This document shows positions 1 through 9,863 of a DNA stretch of 64,000 nt, piece by piece. This DNA comes from a virus. Where the stretch lies: IMG/VR virus record IMGVR_UViG_3300021440_000014, positions 96,001 to 160,000 of that record, one strand, 5' to 3'. Below the pieces are notes generated by a model that saw only the letters and a list, made by a program, of their open reading frames with translations, was not told where the DNA came from and searched no databases. The position numbers and the translations under genes are program-made. Within the stretch, counting starts at the first letter, position 1, and each line of letters opens with the position of its first letter.

Positions 1-27
1 ATAGTTTATTTATTTAATGTCAAACTA

Positions 28-270
28 TTATTCCGTGGCATAATGGATAATAGTAACTTCTTGGCAGCGATCATTATCTCGCGGAATCATTGCCGCCAAA
101 CGTCCAGTTCCCAACTCCATTGCGTTTTGGCTATATCCCAATTGAGCGCAATAAACTGGAGTTATTTTGACAAAAAGTTGCTCTACTCCATTATAATGAA
201 AAACAGTTCCAATTTTCAGTCTTTCAAAATCAAATTTCTTTTTGGTTTCAATTCTTTTAAATTCAATCAT
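28..270 (-). CDS. hypothetical protein
   Basis: 80-aa ORF; TTGACA-N16-TACAAT promoter ends 6 nt before the ATG. Confidence 0.7.
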   Translation of the reverse strand: MIEFKRIETKKKFDFERLKIGTVFHYNGVEQLFVKITPVYCAQLGYSQNAMELGTGRLAAMIPRDNDRCQEVTIIHYATE

Positions 271-276
271 AGGAAT

Positions 277-304
277 ATTGTATACTTTTTTTATAAAATG
301 TCAA
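277..304 (-). promoter_or_regulatory. sigma70-type promoter (TTGACA-N16-TACAAT)
   Basis: Consensus hexamers; same layout recurs before many genes. Confidence 0.7.
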
Positions 305-439
305 GCGGGCAACCAACTTCCGATGCTCCATCCGAAAACCCCGGCATGGGTCAAAGGACTTCGGCGCATTTCACAGTTAGCTTATAAGGGATTGCCTTCC
401 TACCTATAGCTCTTTCTTAGCTCCATCAGCCGCCCGCTT
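303..439 (-). ncRNA. putative structured ncRNA (~137 nt)
   Basis: GC-rich intergenic island closed by AAGCGGGC/GCCCGCTT, extendable with G-U pairs on the minus strand. Confidence 0.45.
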
Positions 440-478
440 TAAAATAGATTAAAAACATTTATTTCCGGCCAAAAACGT

Positions 479-781
479 TTATTTTACATTAAAATTAGTT
501 AAATTCTTATATTTATCCTCTAAAATCATGCTGTTTATTTGACGCTGATATTGCCCGCATAAAACCAAAGTTTCTAACCAGCTTTCTTTACAGTCATCAT
601 AAAGAGATATGTAATGTTCATAAAGCTTTTTATTACGCAAATTCTCATTCGTTATTAGCTTTATTTGATTTTCTAATTTATTTTTATTAAAACGGTGGGT
701 AATTGAGGTAGCAATAAGTGTGCAACAAAGCACTATAATAGAAAGCTGATACCATATTGACGAACGATTTTCGCTATTCAT
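479..781 (-). CDS. hypothetical membrane-anchored protein
   Basis: 100 aa, N-terminal hydrophobic helix. Confidence 0.7.
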   Translation of the reverse strand: MNSENRSSIWYQLSIIVLCCTLIATSITHRFNKNKLENQIKLITNENLRNKKLYEHYISLYDDCKESWLETLVLCGQYQRQINSMILEDKYKNLTNFNVK

Positions 782-993
782 TTATTTTTCCCTTTAAAAG
801 TGAAAATTGCAATATCTTTATATAGAGAGTATGTGATTATAAGCAAACTAGGGCCAAACGCAATATAAATTAAAAATTTCTCTATAGTGAATTTAGTTGG
901 CTCACACCTTTGCTTGGATTCAAGATACTCAGCCAAAAGACCTATAATTAGACCTACAAACATCCAGATAAAAACAGTTAAAAATATAATCAT
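778..993 (-). CDS. hypothetical membrane protein
   Basis: 71 aa, two hydrophobic segments, ATGA overlap with next gene. Confidence 0.7.
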   Translation of the reverse strand: MIIFLTVFIWMFVGLIIGLLAEYLESKQRCEPTKFTIEKFLIYIAFGPSLLIITYSLYKDIAIFTFKGKNK

Positions 994-1004
994 ATTATTT
1001 TTTT

Positions 1005-1304
1005 TTAATAGTAACTCTTTTTAGTAAAAGTAAATTCAATGTTTAGGCTATTTTGCCATTCTAAATGATGCATAGAAGTAATTTTATATCCATTATTGTC
1101 AAGAATATACTGTTCCCCAATTGAAGTATTGACCTGTCTTGGAAATATACACATTGGTTTCAGCCCCATTCTTTCGGCTACTTGATAAACAACACACCCA
1201 CAAACATACGAGAAATTAGGAGTGCCTATTTCAGCCATCGCTTTATCAATATCTTCCTGAGTAACTTTAGCGCAAATCACTTCTTTTTGAGTGTCGTTTT
1301 CCAT
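1005..1304 (-). CDS. hypothetical protein
   Basis: 99-aa ORF in operon. Confidence 0.7.
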   Translation of the reverse strand: MENDTQKEVICAKVTQEDIDKAMAEIGTPNFSYVCGCVVYQVAERMGLKPMCIFPRQVNTSIGEQYILDNNGYKITSMHHLEWQNSLNIEFTFTKKSYY

Positions 1305-2238
1305 ATACTTTTAATACTCTATCTTATTTTTCCATTTTTTCAAGCGAAAAACACAAAACATCAAAATCATTGGGTTTTTTGAAGATTTTTTTGTGTCCAG
1401 CTTATGTCAAAAAGCTCATAAACCTAATCAAAAAATCATCTATTTTCAGCTAAAAATTTTAACAAATTCAAGTAACAAATCTTACCGTGAGCGGGCCTAG
1501 ATTTCTTATTTGTGAGATTTTTGATTCAAAATTTGTGAAGTGCGCAATTTTTGCACAGCGAAATACCCTCATTTCATTGGGGTTTTTGCATATTTTGTAG
1601 TAAGTGTGCAAATTTTTCACTAATTTTATTTTTATTTTTATTTCAGGAGATAATTGCCGCTCAGATTAATAAAACAACAACTCAAACCTCTACCTCCAAT
1701 ACTATATCAGTTCTTTCTCTACTGTCTATACTATTATATCTCTCTTATCTATTTGTTCTTTCTATTTTTGAAAATGATTATAAACACAACTACTTGAGCC
1801 ACAAAGGTTAACATTGAAAAAATGATGTCAATTGCGAGCTTCTTTTCCATTGTGTTTTTGTTCTATTTTTGGGTGAAAAAAGTGTTATTTATTTAGATTT
1901 TTGAAACAGGTAAATCCTACCATGTTTTTGGGGCTTTACAAGTGAAAATCGTTTATTTCCATTAAGCGGGCCTCAGTGTCATACTTAAAGATAAAAAATA
2001 ATAGAATATATAGTCAATAGATATTGACATTCCTTTAAAGATATATCTGTAATCCTTTTAAATTATACCTTATTTTAGTAAAATATAATTTAATATCATT
2101 TATTATTATAAATTATAATAGAATATAATAATCTATATTAGATCCAACATACCCATTTCTTTTCAGGATTATATCTCTCTAGCTCTACTCCGTATGAATC
2201 TAATTGAGTCCATTCCTTATTTTTATGCGCCGTCAATA

Positions 2239-2655
2239 CTATTTCTCCGCATAATCTTCCATACCTTGTCCCTCTTCGTATTCTATGGAAACAGGAATTT
2301 GGGCAACGACACCGTTCTGTGAGCAGAATCTTTTATTAGCTTTTTCGTAAATAAAATAACCTGCGCCTGAATTTTTCACTATAATAAATCCTTGTAAAAC
2401 TTTCTTCTCTGGAACGTTTTGAATGTATTTTCCTTTTAGCTCTTCATAAAAATAAGAGATGTCAAAACCAAATGCTTTAACTATCTTTCCTTCCCTTGTA
2501 GTTTCAACAATGCCATGATAGAAAGAGTTAATTCTTAATTCAAACAAAAACGGAGCATCGGCCACTACAGAGCAATTGCTGCTCAATAATTTAATTTCAG
2601 TTTTATGTTTAAAATCACGAATTTGAAATGGTTGAGTGACAATAAGTTCTTTCAT
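2239..2655 (-). CDS. hypothetical protein
   Basis: 138-aa ORF with own TTGACA-N16-TATAAA promoter. Confidence 0.75.
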   Translation of the reverse strand: MKELIVTQPFQIRDFKHKTEIKLLSSNCSVVADAPFLFELRINSFYHGIVETTREGKIVKAFGFDISYFYEELKGKYIQNVPEKKVLQGFIIVKNSGAGYFIYEKANKRFCSQNGVVAQIPVSIEYEEGQGMEDYAEK

Positions 2656-2685
2656 GCTTCTTTTATACCTTATTTTTATAGATTG

Positions 2686-2946
2686 TCAAGAGTTGCTATA
2701 CTTTCTTTCGGGCAAAATTCTAAACAAAGATCCCAACGCGAAAGTAAATTCTGAATTTTTGCCTTTCTTTTTAATGGAAAGGCCGACAATCGTAAACCGA
2801 TAATGACCTGAGACGTAATCGAAATCCCTGACGGCATAAACCTTACCTTTCTCTGGCAATTGACCTTCTATGATCAAGCCAGCGGTATTCATGCTTTTAA
2901 AGTCAAATGTGCAGACTACCTTTTCAAATGGTCTATTATTATTCAT
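2686..2946 (-). CDS. hypothetical protein
   Basis: 86-aa ORF in operon. Confidence 0.7.
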   Translation of the reverse strand: MNNNRPFEKVVCTFDFKSMNTAGLIIEGQLPEKGKVYAVRDFDYVSGHYRFTIVGLSIKKKGKNSEFTFALGSLFRILPERKYSNS

Positions 2947-3283
2947 TGTCTTTAATTAGTTTCTTAGCAATTTTAATAGCGTTTTGACTAAATTTTCCAC
3001 CAAGTTCATATAAACTTGGAGCATATTGTTGACAGATATGCAATAAATCTTTCAAAGATTTGGTTAAATCAGTATTTTCTTGTATCAATTCTGCCATTGA
3101 TTTTCCATTATCTTCTTCTAATTGAACCTCTTTTTCGTCAAAAAGATATCCTTTAAGCCCATGAAGGACATATTGGAAGGTATTTTTATCACTATTCCAG
3201 TAAACAAATTTAACGGTTGTCCAGTAGCTTTTTGAGTCAATCTCTACGTAGACTTTTGTATTTGGCGGAAATTTAGGCTTCAT
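2939..3283 (-). CDS. hypothetical protein
   Basis: 114-aa ORF with upstream promoter. Confidence 0.7.
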   Translation of the reverse strand: MKPKFPPNTKVYVEIDSKSYWTTVKFVYWNSDKNTFQYVLHGLKGYLFDEKEVQLEEDNGKSMAELIQENTDLTKSLKDLLHICQQYAPSLYELGGKFSQNAIKIAKKLIKDNE

Positions 3284-3320
3284 ATAAGTATGATATACTA
3301 TTTTTTACGTCTGTCAAACA

Positions 3321-3587
3321 TTAGTCCTTATCTAAAGCATAAAAATTATGAGGATTACCACAACAAAAACAACCAAGCTGATAAGCATCCTGCCCCGTAA
3401 TTTGCTCGAATTCACTAATTGCCTGATCGATATCCATAAAATCCTTGGTGGCAGAAGTTGCCATCGCTCCAAGCCATCTTTTCTTTTCCCACTTAACCTT
3501 CCAACCTGAATATTCAAGCTTTCTCCAATCCTCATCAGAAAGCCACCATGAACCACCAGAGTTATTGCTTCTATATTGAATTTTCAT
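3321..3587 (-). CDS. hypothetical conserved phage protein
   Basis: 88 aa, SNNSGGSWWL and GCxCCGxPH motifs. Confidence 0.75.
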   Translation of the reverse strand: MKIQYRSNNSGGSWWLSDEDWRKLEYSGWKVKWEKKRWLGAMATSATKDFMDIDQAISEFEQITGQDAYQLGCFCCGNPHNFYALDKD

Positions 3588-3791
3588 TTACTTATGATTA
3601 ATTACAAATTCCATCGCCGTCCTATTTATCTCATGCTCCGCTAAACGCAAGGAATCGACGCCACCACAATTTTTGTATGTTTCCGCTAAAACTCTTACTT
3701 TGCTTTTTGGCGAAAGAATGCCAATTTTTCTCCATTCAAGAATGTCTTCGCATAATTCACAAAGATTTTCCTCAATGTAAGTATTATTCAT
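3588..3791 (-). CDS. hypothetical protein
   Basis: 67-aa ORF abutting neighbours. Confidence 0.65.
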   Translation of the reverse strand: MNNTYIEENLCELCEDILEWRKIGILSPKSKVRVLAETYKNCGGVDSLRLAEHEINRTAMEFVINHK

Positions 3792-4027
3792 AGATTTTTA
3801 ATATGCTGACACCAAAACAGGATTATACCTAATCATAACAGAAGGCATTCCATCCGGCACAAAATAAGTCTTTTTATCCTTCTTTACGAGAACGCCAGTA
3901 TGCCCGAAACCAATTCCATCATACTCTTTTGAGATAAAAACCGCATAAGTAATCTTGTTTTTCATGTTTTTATGATAGCTCTATTTTTTAGGAAATCAAT
4001 CACTAATAACCTGTATTTGGTAGGTAG

Positions 4028-4330
4028 TTAAACTTTAGCTAATCTAACTACTTTCCTGATATCTTCAATTGTTGTAGTAGGACAATCGTTAAACTTAATT
4101 ATGCTGCCCTGTCCATCTATTTTTAGAATTTCTTTTCGAAGTTTTCCTCTTACCTCTTCAACTTTTTTGAGTTTTTCCGGTCCATGTCCATAGATAAGAT
4201 ATGCCGCATGGGATAAACAACAAGCTGTCTCTTCTTCATTTGAAAAAACTCTCTTACACCATCTGCTTTTGTCTCTATAAAGAGATTTTATAGATTTATA
4301 TCTCGATTGCTTAATAGTTTTCATACACAA
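4028..4330 (-). CDS. hypothetical protein (DUF6197-like; resembles 19663..19938)
   Basis: W-x-K...CCL.HA...FND pattern shared with 19663..19938. Confidence 0.65.
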   Translation of the reverse strand: MCMKTIKQSRYKSIKSLYRDKSRWCKRVFSNEEETACCLSHAAYLIYGHGPEKLKKVEEVRGKLRKEILKIDGQGSIIKFNDCPTTTIEDIRKVVRLAKV

Positions 4331-4346
4331 ACATTAGTCTATTTTT

Positions 4347-4766
4347 TTAAGAAATCAACTCTTTTAATGCGGGAAGGTATTTTTTAATTTGCTTATCGGT
4401 GGGTGAATCAGTAAGATTAGCCAGAATATCGGCAATTTTGACCATTTTTGCATAATGGTTATTTTTTACCTTCTGGATATAATCCAAGTAATCCTGCCCC
4501 TTTTGTTTGGTCAAAAGAAAAACAGCATTAGCAATACCGGCTTCTACTCCAAGAGCTACAAGCTCTTCAACTGAATACTCTTTATTGTCTTCGATAACAT
4601 CATGAAGCAACGCCACGGCTTTATAATCGTCTCCAAAGCCTAGAATCTCTTCTACAATCTTTGCAACCTTAATAGGATGCTCAATATAAGGTGTCACTCC
4701 GTCTCGCCTAGTTTGGCCTAAGTGAGCTTTAATGGCGATTTTTTCTGCTAATTTTAAAGTATCCAT
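4347..4766 (-). CDS. HD-domain hydrolase, RelA/SpoT/MESH1-type (small alarmone hydrolase-like)
   Basis: AHxGQxRxDGxTPYIEHP, ALLHDVIED, VKIAD..N motifs. Confidence 0.85.
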   Translation of the reverse strand: MDTLKLAEKIAIKAHLGQTRRDGVTPYIEHPIKVAKIVEEILGFGDDYKAVALLHDVIEDNKEYSVEELVALGVEAGIANAVFLLTKQKGQDYLDYIQKVKNNHYAKMVKIADILANLTDSPTDKQIKKYLPALKELIS

Positions 4767-4774
4767 AATAAAAT

Positions 4775-4981
4775 TTATTTAAATTTAGTATAAAGTTCAC
4801 AAATAGACCCCGGAGAAGTAATATAAACAAATCTATTTTTAGCTGGAGTTACCCCATTAGGGGGAGGCTCTGTAGTTATTGGCGCAAGACATACCGTATT
4901 AATCTCTTTACCTCTTATTCCTTTTAGCTGCCCAAAATGAATACAGGTTCGGCACTCTTGCGTTCTATCGTTCTCTTGCAT
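4775..4981 (-). CDS. hypothetical Cys-rich protein
   Basis: 68 aa, CxxCxH. Confidence 0.6.
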   Translation of the reverse strand: MQENDRTQECRTCIHFGQLKGIRGKEINTVCLAPITTEPPPNGVTPAKNRFVYITSPGSICELYTKFK

Positions 4982-4986
4982 CGGTT

Positions 4987-5292
4987 TTAGCTTCCCATGC
5001 CGTAATCTTCCGTGGCAAGCTTAAATGCCCGCCCAAGCGCAATACGTGTGCCAAGGCGACGATTAAAACAATCATTGACATGACAAGACGCTTCACCAAA
5101 GAAGTTCTTATTCTCTGGAGTCGTGACTTCAACTCGCGTAAGCCCGCCATTCTGAACCAGATTCAGTTTCTTTTCCTTAATGACGGAAGTATGAAACAAT
5201 TCATTCTCGCCTACCACAGGGCGGAAGTGCATAACACGAACCTTGAAACCATTCTTACGAGCATTTTCAACAGTGAACATATTGTTTTTCAT
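4987..5292 (-). CDS. hypothetical phage protein
   Basis: 101 aa, GGLT...C...D.FNRRLG..IALGRA motif. Confidence 0.75.
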   Translation of the reverse strand: MKNNMFTVENARKNGFKVRVMHFRPVVGENELFHTSVIKEKKLNLVQNGGLTRVEVTTPENKNFFGEASCHVNDCFNRRLGTRIALGRAFKLATEDYGMGS

Positions 5293-5340
5293 AGTGTTAG
5301 TATTCTATCTATTTTTTAAAAAATGTCAATCGTAAAGCAA

Positions 5341-5370
5341 ATCGGCGACTATCTTTCGATAATCGCCGAT
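5341..5370 (-). terminator. intrinsic terminator hairpin after rIIB
   Basis: ATCGGCGA/TCGCCGAT inverted repeat. Confidence 0.6.
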
Positions 5371-5375
5371 CACAC

Positions 5376-6200
5376 TTAGCAGAAACGCCCCTTAGCGTCC
5401 CGCTTTGGCCCCTTTTTAGGCTTACTCTCACGAATCTCCTTGTAAGTCTTATTTTCTGGAGCATAATGAGAAGTAAAAGAGACATCCTCCCTATTCACTT
5501 CACGAATAACCTTATAGCGACAAAGGCGAATCTTTCCAAAGCCACCTTCGTCAGGAACCACTACAACGTCTCTAGGGTTAACCTTGACCATAATGTATCT
5601 ATAGTCATTTTTTCCGTAGTCTCTCGCATAACCAACAATATATTTATCAGATCCAACATGCAATCCTGATCCGGCACATTCAAATTTACTCTTGTTTACC
5701 TTGTTCCTATCCATGTAAACAGTCTCTCCAACTCTATTAGAGACTTTACCAGAATAAATATCCATCCAATCACCACGAATAGCCTTACAAGCTACGAAAT
5801 CGCCGTCTTCTGTAATTGGCAGGTAATGTGCTCCAATATAATTGTAAAGCGTATCCCGCGCCTCAATATCTGGATTCTGCATCAGCTTGTCAAGGAATTT
5901 AACAAGAGGCTTGTGAGGAATCCCCTCTGAAATGAAACTAAGAATCTGTTTAGTGACGCCGCTATTGAGAGCAACACCCTTATAGCGAACCTCCTTACCT
6001 TCAACAATTTCCACATTGAAACACTTTTCAATCGTTTGCTTTACCTCAAACAGTCGCTCAATCCCATTCAGACTGTTAGCTTTAATCTTTTCGATAATCT
6101 TCTTGAAATTAGGATGAGTATCGTGCGCAAGGAATCGCTTGCCGTTCTTATAAACCACTACTGACGTATTGGTGATATTGTATAGATAATTTGTATTCAT
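5376..6200 (-). CDS. rIIB: rIIB-like protein
   Basis: LPITEDGDF, CxxGLHVG, VKVNPRDVVxVP...KIRxCRYxV motifs; follows rIIA. Confidence 0.85.
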   Translation of the reverse strand: MNTNYLYNITNTSVVVYKNGKRFLAHDTHPNFKKIIEKIKANSLNGIERLFEVKQTIEKCFNVEIVEGKEVRYKGVALNSGVTKQILSFISEGIPHKPLVKFLDKLMQNPDIEARDTLYNYIGAHYLPITEDGDFVACKAIRGDWMDIYSGKVSNRVGETVYMDRNKVNKSKFECAGSGLHVGSDKYIVGYARDYGKNDYRYIMVKVNPRDVVVVPDEGGFGKIRLCRYKVIREVNREDVSFTSHYAPENKTYKEIRESKPKKGPKRDAKGRFC

Positions 6201-6230
6201 ATTGATATATTATGGCTATTTTTTAGAAAG

Positions 6231-8297
6231 TCAATTAAAAATGACAGAGTAGAGAATCTTCCTCGCCTCCGTTGAATTAAGTTCTTCAGCTTTAACGATT
6301 GACAGAACTGGATATTTTTTCAAAAGCTCAGAAGGATTCTTGACAGGATAAGATGCTTTTATTGCCTCCTTCATTTTGAGTAAATCAACGGAAGTCATAG
6401 ATTCGATAAAACTATTATATTTTTTATAGGCGTCATTCGCATTCTTCCACTCAGAAATAATATCGTAAAAGTATTTAGCATTATTATTATTCTCAATTTC
6501 TTTTAGAATTGATTCATTTGAAAATATACCGAAAATACTCCTAAAGAATGAGTTTTTATAATAAGAGGCATGATCATTGCTATCATAATGGAACACGCTT
6601 TTAGCGACGATTGCCATTTGAATATCTTTTTCGTTTTGTTTAATAAAATCCTGCAAAGACTCAGAGTAAAAATCCTCAAAAGAATCAAGTTCGATACCTT
6701 CTTTTTCGAGTCTTTCCCATTCAGTGGTTGTAAGCCCTACAATAGAGTAATCGTCAACGCCAACGCCATGCAAAGTTTGAATTTGCTTTTTAAGCGTTCC
6801 TTTATCGGAATTCAATGCCGTTCCGGTGCGCAACACATAATAAACATTATAATAATCTGAATAGTCTAGGACTTCCCAAATATCCTGATTGCGCCTAAAG
6901 TTAACAGCTTTTTTAACGGTGTAAAGCTGATTCTTCTGTCTTTTATTGCGCTTTGTAGTAGACTTGTCGTAATCAAGCTCAGACATCTTTTTGCACTTGG
7001 AAAAGTCAACTCCAAATGTCTCTTCAGTCTCTTTAAATGCATTCGGGGCAACCTCTTCGATCAGAATAGTCGTGCCGCATTTTGTGTGGTTTCCGTCTAT
7101 GTATTTGTCAAGTCTTTTCGAGGCATGAGTCTTTTTATCAAAAATGATAAATTCATAATTATTTTTCAAGTCAACGTAGCCGTAAGGCCCATATATCTTA
7201 GGGGAGCCATAACGTTGAGTAATAATGTAAAAAGAAATGCCTTTTGGCTCAAATCTGTCAGGGACAGAAACAGTTTTAAGGAATGAGTTGACTAGGTTTG
7301 AAATTCTCGCGAATCGTCCTTCATAAGAGAAAATAGAGGTTCTAATTTTAATCTTCTCAAAAAGGCTCTTGTTGTCAAATTGCTTTTGAATCTCAAGGCC
7401 AATGTCAATGTAAATGTTAGAAAGAGCCTCCTTAATGTTAGCGATGGTGGTTTCGTCGTAGTCCAAAGCTTCACGGTTGGCGGCAGTATTGATTTTGCCA
7501 ATGGGGAATTGAATTACCAAGCCGCAGGACAAAAGATCATGATACTTCTGTTCCAAGTTAGGAATAGAACTGGCGTTAATAGGATACTCATAGACTGAAC
7601 ACCTAGCCGCAGAAGGACGACCCGCACCGAAAAGACTCCAATCTCTTCCACTGAATACTGCTGTTTCAGAAAGGTGAGCATAACTAGAATTGCCAAAAAC
7701 AAGAGGCTTAACAATATAAGGCTTAAACACTTGTTGCGCCGTTACCATGAAATGATAAACGTAACTTGCATTAACTGGAATTTCCACGCAAAAACCATTC
7801 TTTTCGCTTGTCTTTTCTGAGCCAAGGTAAGCAATAGTAGGAATCCCCTTTGGATTATAGAAGATAGAATAGCTGCTCTTTTCTCCGTTCTGAACGGAAT
7901 AGCAAAAATAAGAGTCGCACAGCGCAAGAGCACTCAGGCGACCAAGACCTTTTTCGCCGTTGAAATCATTGCTAGTATCTTTGGATGAATGGAAAGCAAC
8001 GGTATAGTAATTCATCATGAAATCATAAGAAATGCCCGTGCCAAAATCCCTCACACGAAAGAGAGGATCGAGAACAGAAGGAAGGGTAACTTCAAAAGGA
8101 GAATCGGTATTTTTTGCCGCAACATGAGCATCATACGCATTAGCGCAAATTTCAGTAACCACAGCCCTAACCTTGTCGGTATAAAGGTTAGAAATGAGAG
8201 TTTTAAAGGCTTTCCCACCAGCCTTAATAGTAAACGTTCCGCTTTGCTCCGCAGGAATGTTACCTTCCGCAATTCTGTCTTTAATTTCTGTAATCAT
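6231..8297 (-). CDS. rIIA: rIIA-like protein (N-terminal GHKL ATPase)
   Basis: LYTDK.RAVVxEIxANAYDAH, VRDFGTG, GxxGLG; adjacent to rIIB. Confidence 0.85.
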   Translation of the reverse strand: MITEIKDRIAEGNIPAEQSGTFTIKAGGKAFKTLISNLYTDKVRAVVTEICANAYDAHVAAKNTDSPFEVTLPSVLDPLFRVRDFGTGISYDFMMNYYTVAFHSSKDTSNDFNGEKGLGRLSALALCDSYFCYSVQNGEKSSYSIFYNPKGIPTIAYLGSEKTSEKNGFCVEIPVNASYVYHFMVTAQQVFKPYIVKPLVFGNSSYAHLSETAVFSGRDWSLFGAGRPSAARCSVYEYPINASSIPNLEQKYHDLLSCGLVIQFPIGKINTAANREALDYDETTIANIKEALSNIYIDIGLEIQKQFDNKSLFEKIKIRTSIFSYEGRFARISNLVNSFLKTVSVPDRFEPKGISFYIITQRYGSPKIYGPYGYVDLKNNYEFIIFDKKTHASKRLDKYIDGNHTKCGTTILIEEVAPNAFKETEETFGVDFSKCKKMSELDYDKSTTKRNKRQKNQLYTVKKAVNFRRNQDIWEVLDYSDYYNVYYVLRTGTALNSDKGTLKKQIQTLHGVGVDDYSIVGLTTTEWERLEKEGIELDSFEDFYSESLQDFIKQNEKDIQMAIVAKSVFHYDSNDHASYYKNSFFRSIFGIFSNESILKEIENNNNAKYFYDIISEWKNANDAYKKYNSFIESMTSVDLLKMKEAIKASYPVKNPSELLKKYPVLSIVKAEELNSTEARKILYSVIFN

Positions 8298-8380
8298 AGT
8301 GTTAATAGACTATCTTATTTTTATGGAATGTCAAATTTTAAACTTAATTACTGCATTTTCATATCTAACGAAACTAAAAA

Positions 8381-8408
8381 TGCCCTAACCATTTAATAGC
8401 TAGGGCAC
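8381..8408 (-). terminator. intrinsic terminator
   Basis: TGCCCTA/TAGGGCA hairpin followed by T-run on minus strand. Confidence 0.6.
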
Positions 8409-8424
8409 TGTGTCCAAGAAAGAA

Positions 8425-8637
8425 TTAAATCTTGGAATAAACTGCACTTGGACGACCACGCCCCGCAGCCTTCTCATTGCGAACAAACTTAATCTTCTGA
8501 GAGGCAATCGCGCTCTTCACTTGAGCATGAATGAAAGGTTGCTTCTTATTAAAAAGAAGTTGAAGATCCTTGATCTTAAATTCCCCATCAGGGAACGTGA
8601 ACGTTTCAGTATTTACATTATTTGTATTTGTATTCAT
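8425..8637 (-). CDS. small putative DNA-binding (winged-helix-like) protein
   Basis: 70 aa, basic, C-terminal GRGRPxxxY wing-like motif. Confidence 0.6.
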   Translation of the reverse strand: MNTNTNNVNTETFTFPDGEFKIKDLQLLFNKKQPFIHAQVKSAIASQKIKFVRNEKAAGRGRPSAVYSKI

Positions 8638-8669
8638 ATCTTATTATATTATCAGGTTTTTTTAAAATG

Positions 8670-8885
8670 TCAATCTTCAACTGTCATTTGAATTTCGTCT
8701 TCCTCCTCTTTTCCTTTCGTCTCTGTTCCGATATTAGGTTGAGTCGGAGTAATCACTTGACCAAACAAGGAAGCGTAATCGCTAGAAATTCTGATACTTG
8801 CGGCTGGATTGAAATTCTTAATGATTTCGTCAACCGAAACAATGATAAATTTAGGCTTATTTTTAGATCCAGTTTTTCTTGGCAT
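8670..8885 (-). CDS. hypothetical protein
   Basis: 71 aa, N-terminal RxxGSKNKPK motif. Confidence 0.65.
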   Translation of the reverse strand: MPRKTGSKNKPKFIIVSVDEIIKNFNPAASIRISSDYASLFGQVITPTQPNIGTETKGKEEEDEIQMTVED

Positions 8886-8893
8886 AAGATACC

Positions 8894-9826
8894 TTAGTCT
8901 ATATTTTTAATAACGTCAAGACCTTTTGAGGTAATATGTCTCTTTGCGTTAATTTTAATCAATCCAGCTTCCGTCAAAAATGGCTCCACATTACCCATCA
9001 CAGTAGCTTTAGGTAAACTAAGGGAATTAGCAATCGCAGTCAAAGACATTTCACCATTTTGCTTGAGAAGCTTCAATACATTAACCTCTGAATTACTCAT
9101 TCCCAAAGGCTTGATATTCAAATAATTAACGAATTTATTCCACTTTCTGCGGTCGATAGTATCGCACTTTTCAATTGAACAAAATTGCCTAATATCGTCA
9201 ACCAGACTAATTGCCGTTCTAGGAGTGTTTCGGGCTACACTTGCAACATCATTCTGAATGTCTTCTTCAATTGAGATATTGAATTTAGCGCAGCTATTGA
9301 CGATTATTTCAGCAATTTCCTCGCACTTGTAAGGCTCAAGATCTACTTGCTTGCATCGCGTTTTGAAAGCTGGAGATAGAGCTTGAGGATCTGTCGTGGC
9401 GAAAAGGAATGTCTGCTTACAATGATCGAAATGTAATTCAATCTCATTGTGAATAAAAGAAGTTTTCCTTTCATTTTTAATGTCCAGAACTGAAAGCAGA
9501 AAATTCTTAACAGTTTTATCCATTCCATGACACTCGTCAATAAAATAGGTAACTTGCTCATCCTTATAGGGGATAATAGCCCTGTCAACAAATGCATCGG
9601 CATTTTTCAGGGAGCTACCATTGATTTCAATAAACTTTTTTGGTTTATTAGTTTCCTTATTGATAAGGTTACTTTTAATTCTGCGGGCTATCTCTGTTTT
9701 GCCCGCTCCCCGCTTAGAAGTCAAAAGGACTGGCGGGAAAAAACCGGATGAATTAAAGCCATTAAGCTGGAAACTCAAATAGTTTTTAACATTAGTTTGA
9801 CCAACGATACCTTTGAAGTATTGCAT
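8894..9826 (-). CDS. RuvB-like AAA+ ATPase
   Basis: vGQ..vK, Walker A GAGKT, Walker B FIDECH, FATT, TPR sensor, C-terminal wHTH with VEPFL. Confidence 0.8.
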   Translation of the reverse strand: MQYFKGIVGQTNVKNYLSFQLNGFNSSGFFPPVLLTSKRGAGKTEIARRIKSNLINKETNKPKKFIEINGSSLKNADAFVDRAIIPYKDEQVTYFIDECHGMDKTVKNFLLSVLDIKNERKTSFIHNEIELHFDHCKQTFLFATTDPQALSPAFKTRCKQVDLEPYKCEEIAEIIVNSCAKFNISIEEDIQNDVASVARNTPRTAISLVDDIRQFCSIEKCDTIDRRKWNKFVNYLNIKPLGMSNSEVNVLKLLKQNGEMSLTAIANSLSLPKATVMGNVEPFLTEAGLIKINAKRHITSKGLDVIKNID

Positions 9827-9863
9827 AGCTCAAATCTATCTATTTTTTATAGAAAAGCAAGAA

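Noticed and set aside
1551-1811. 86-aa plus-strand hydrophobic ORF
   Set aside because: Low-complexity T-rich sequence, non-ATG start, against local gene orientation.
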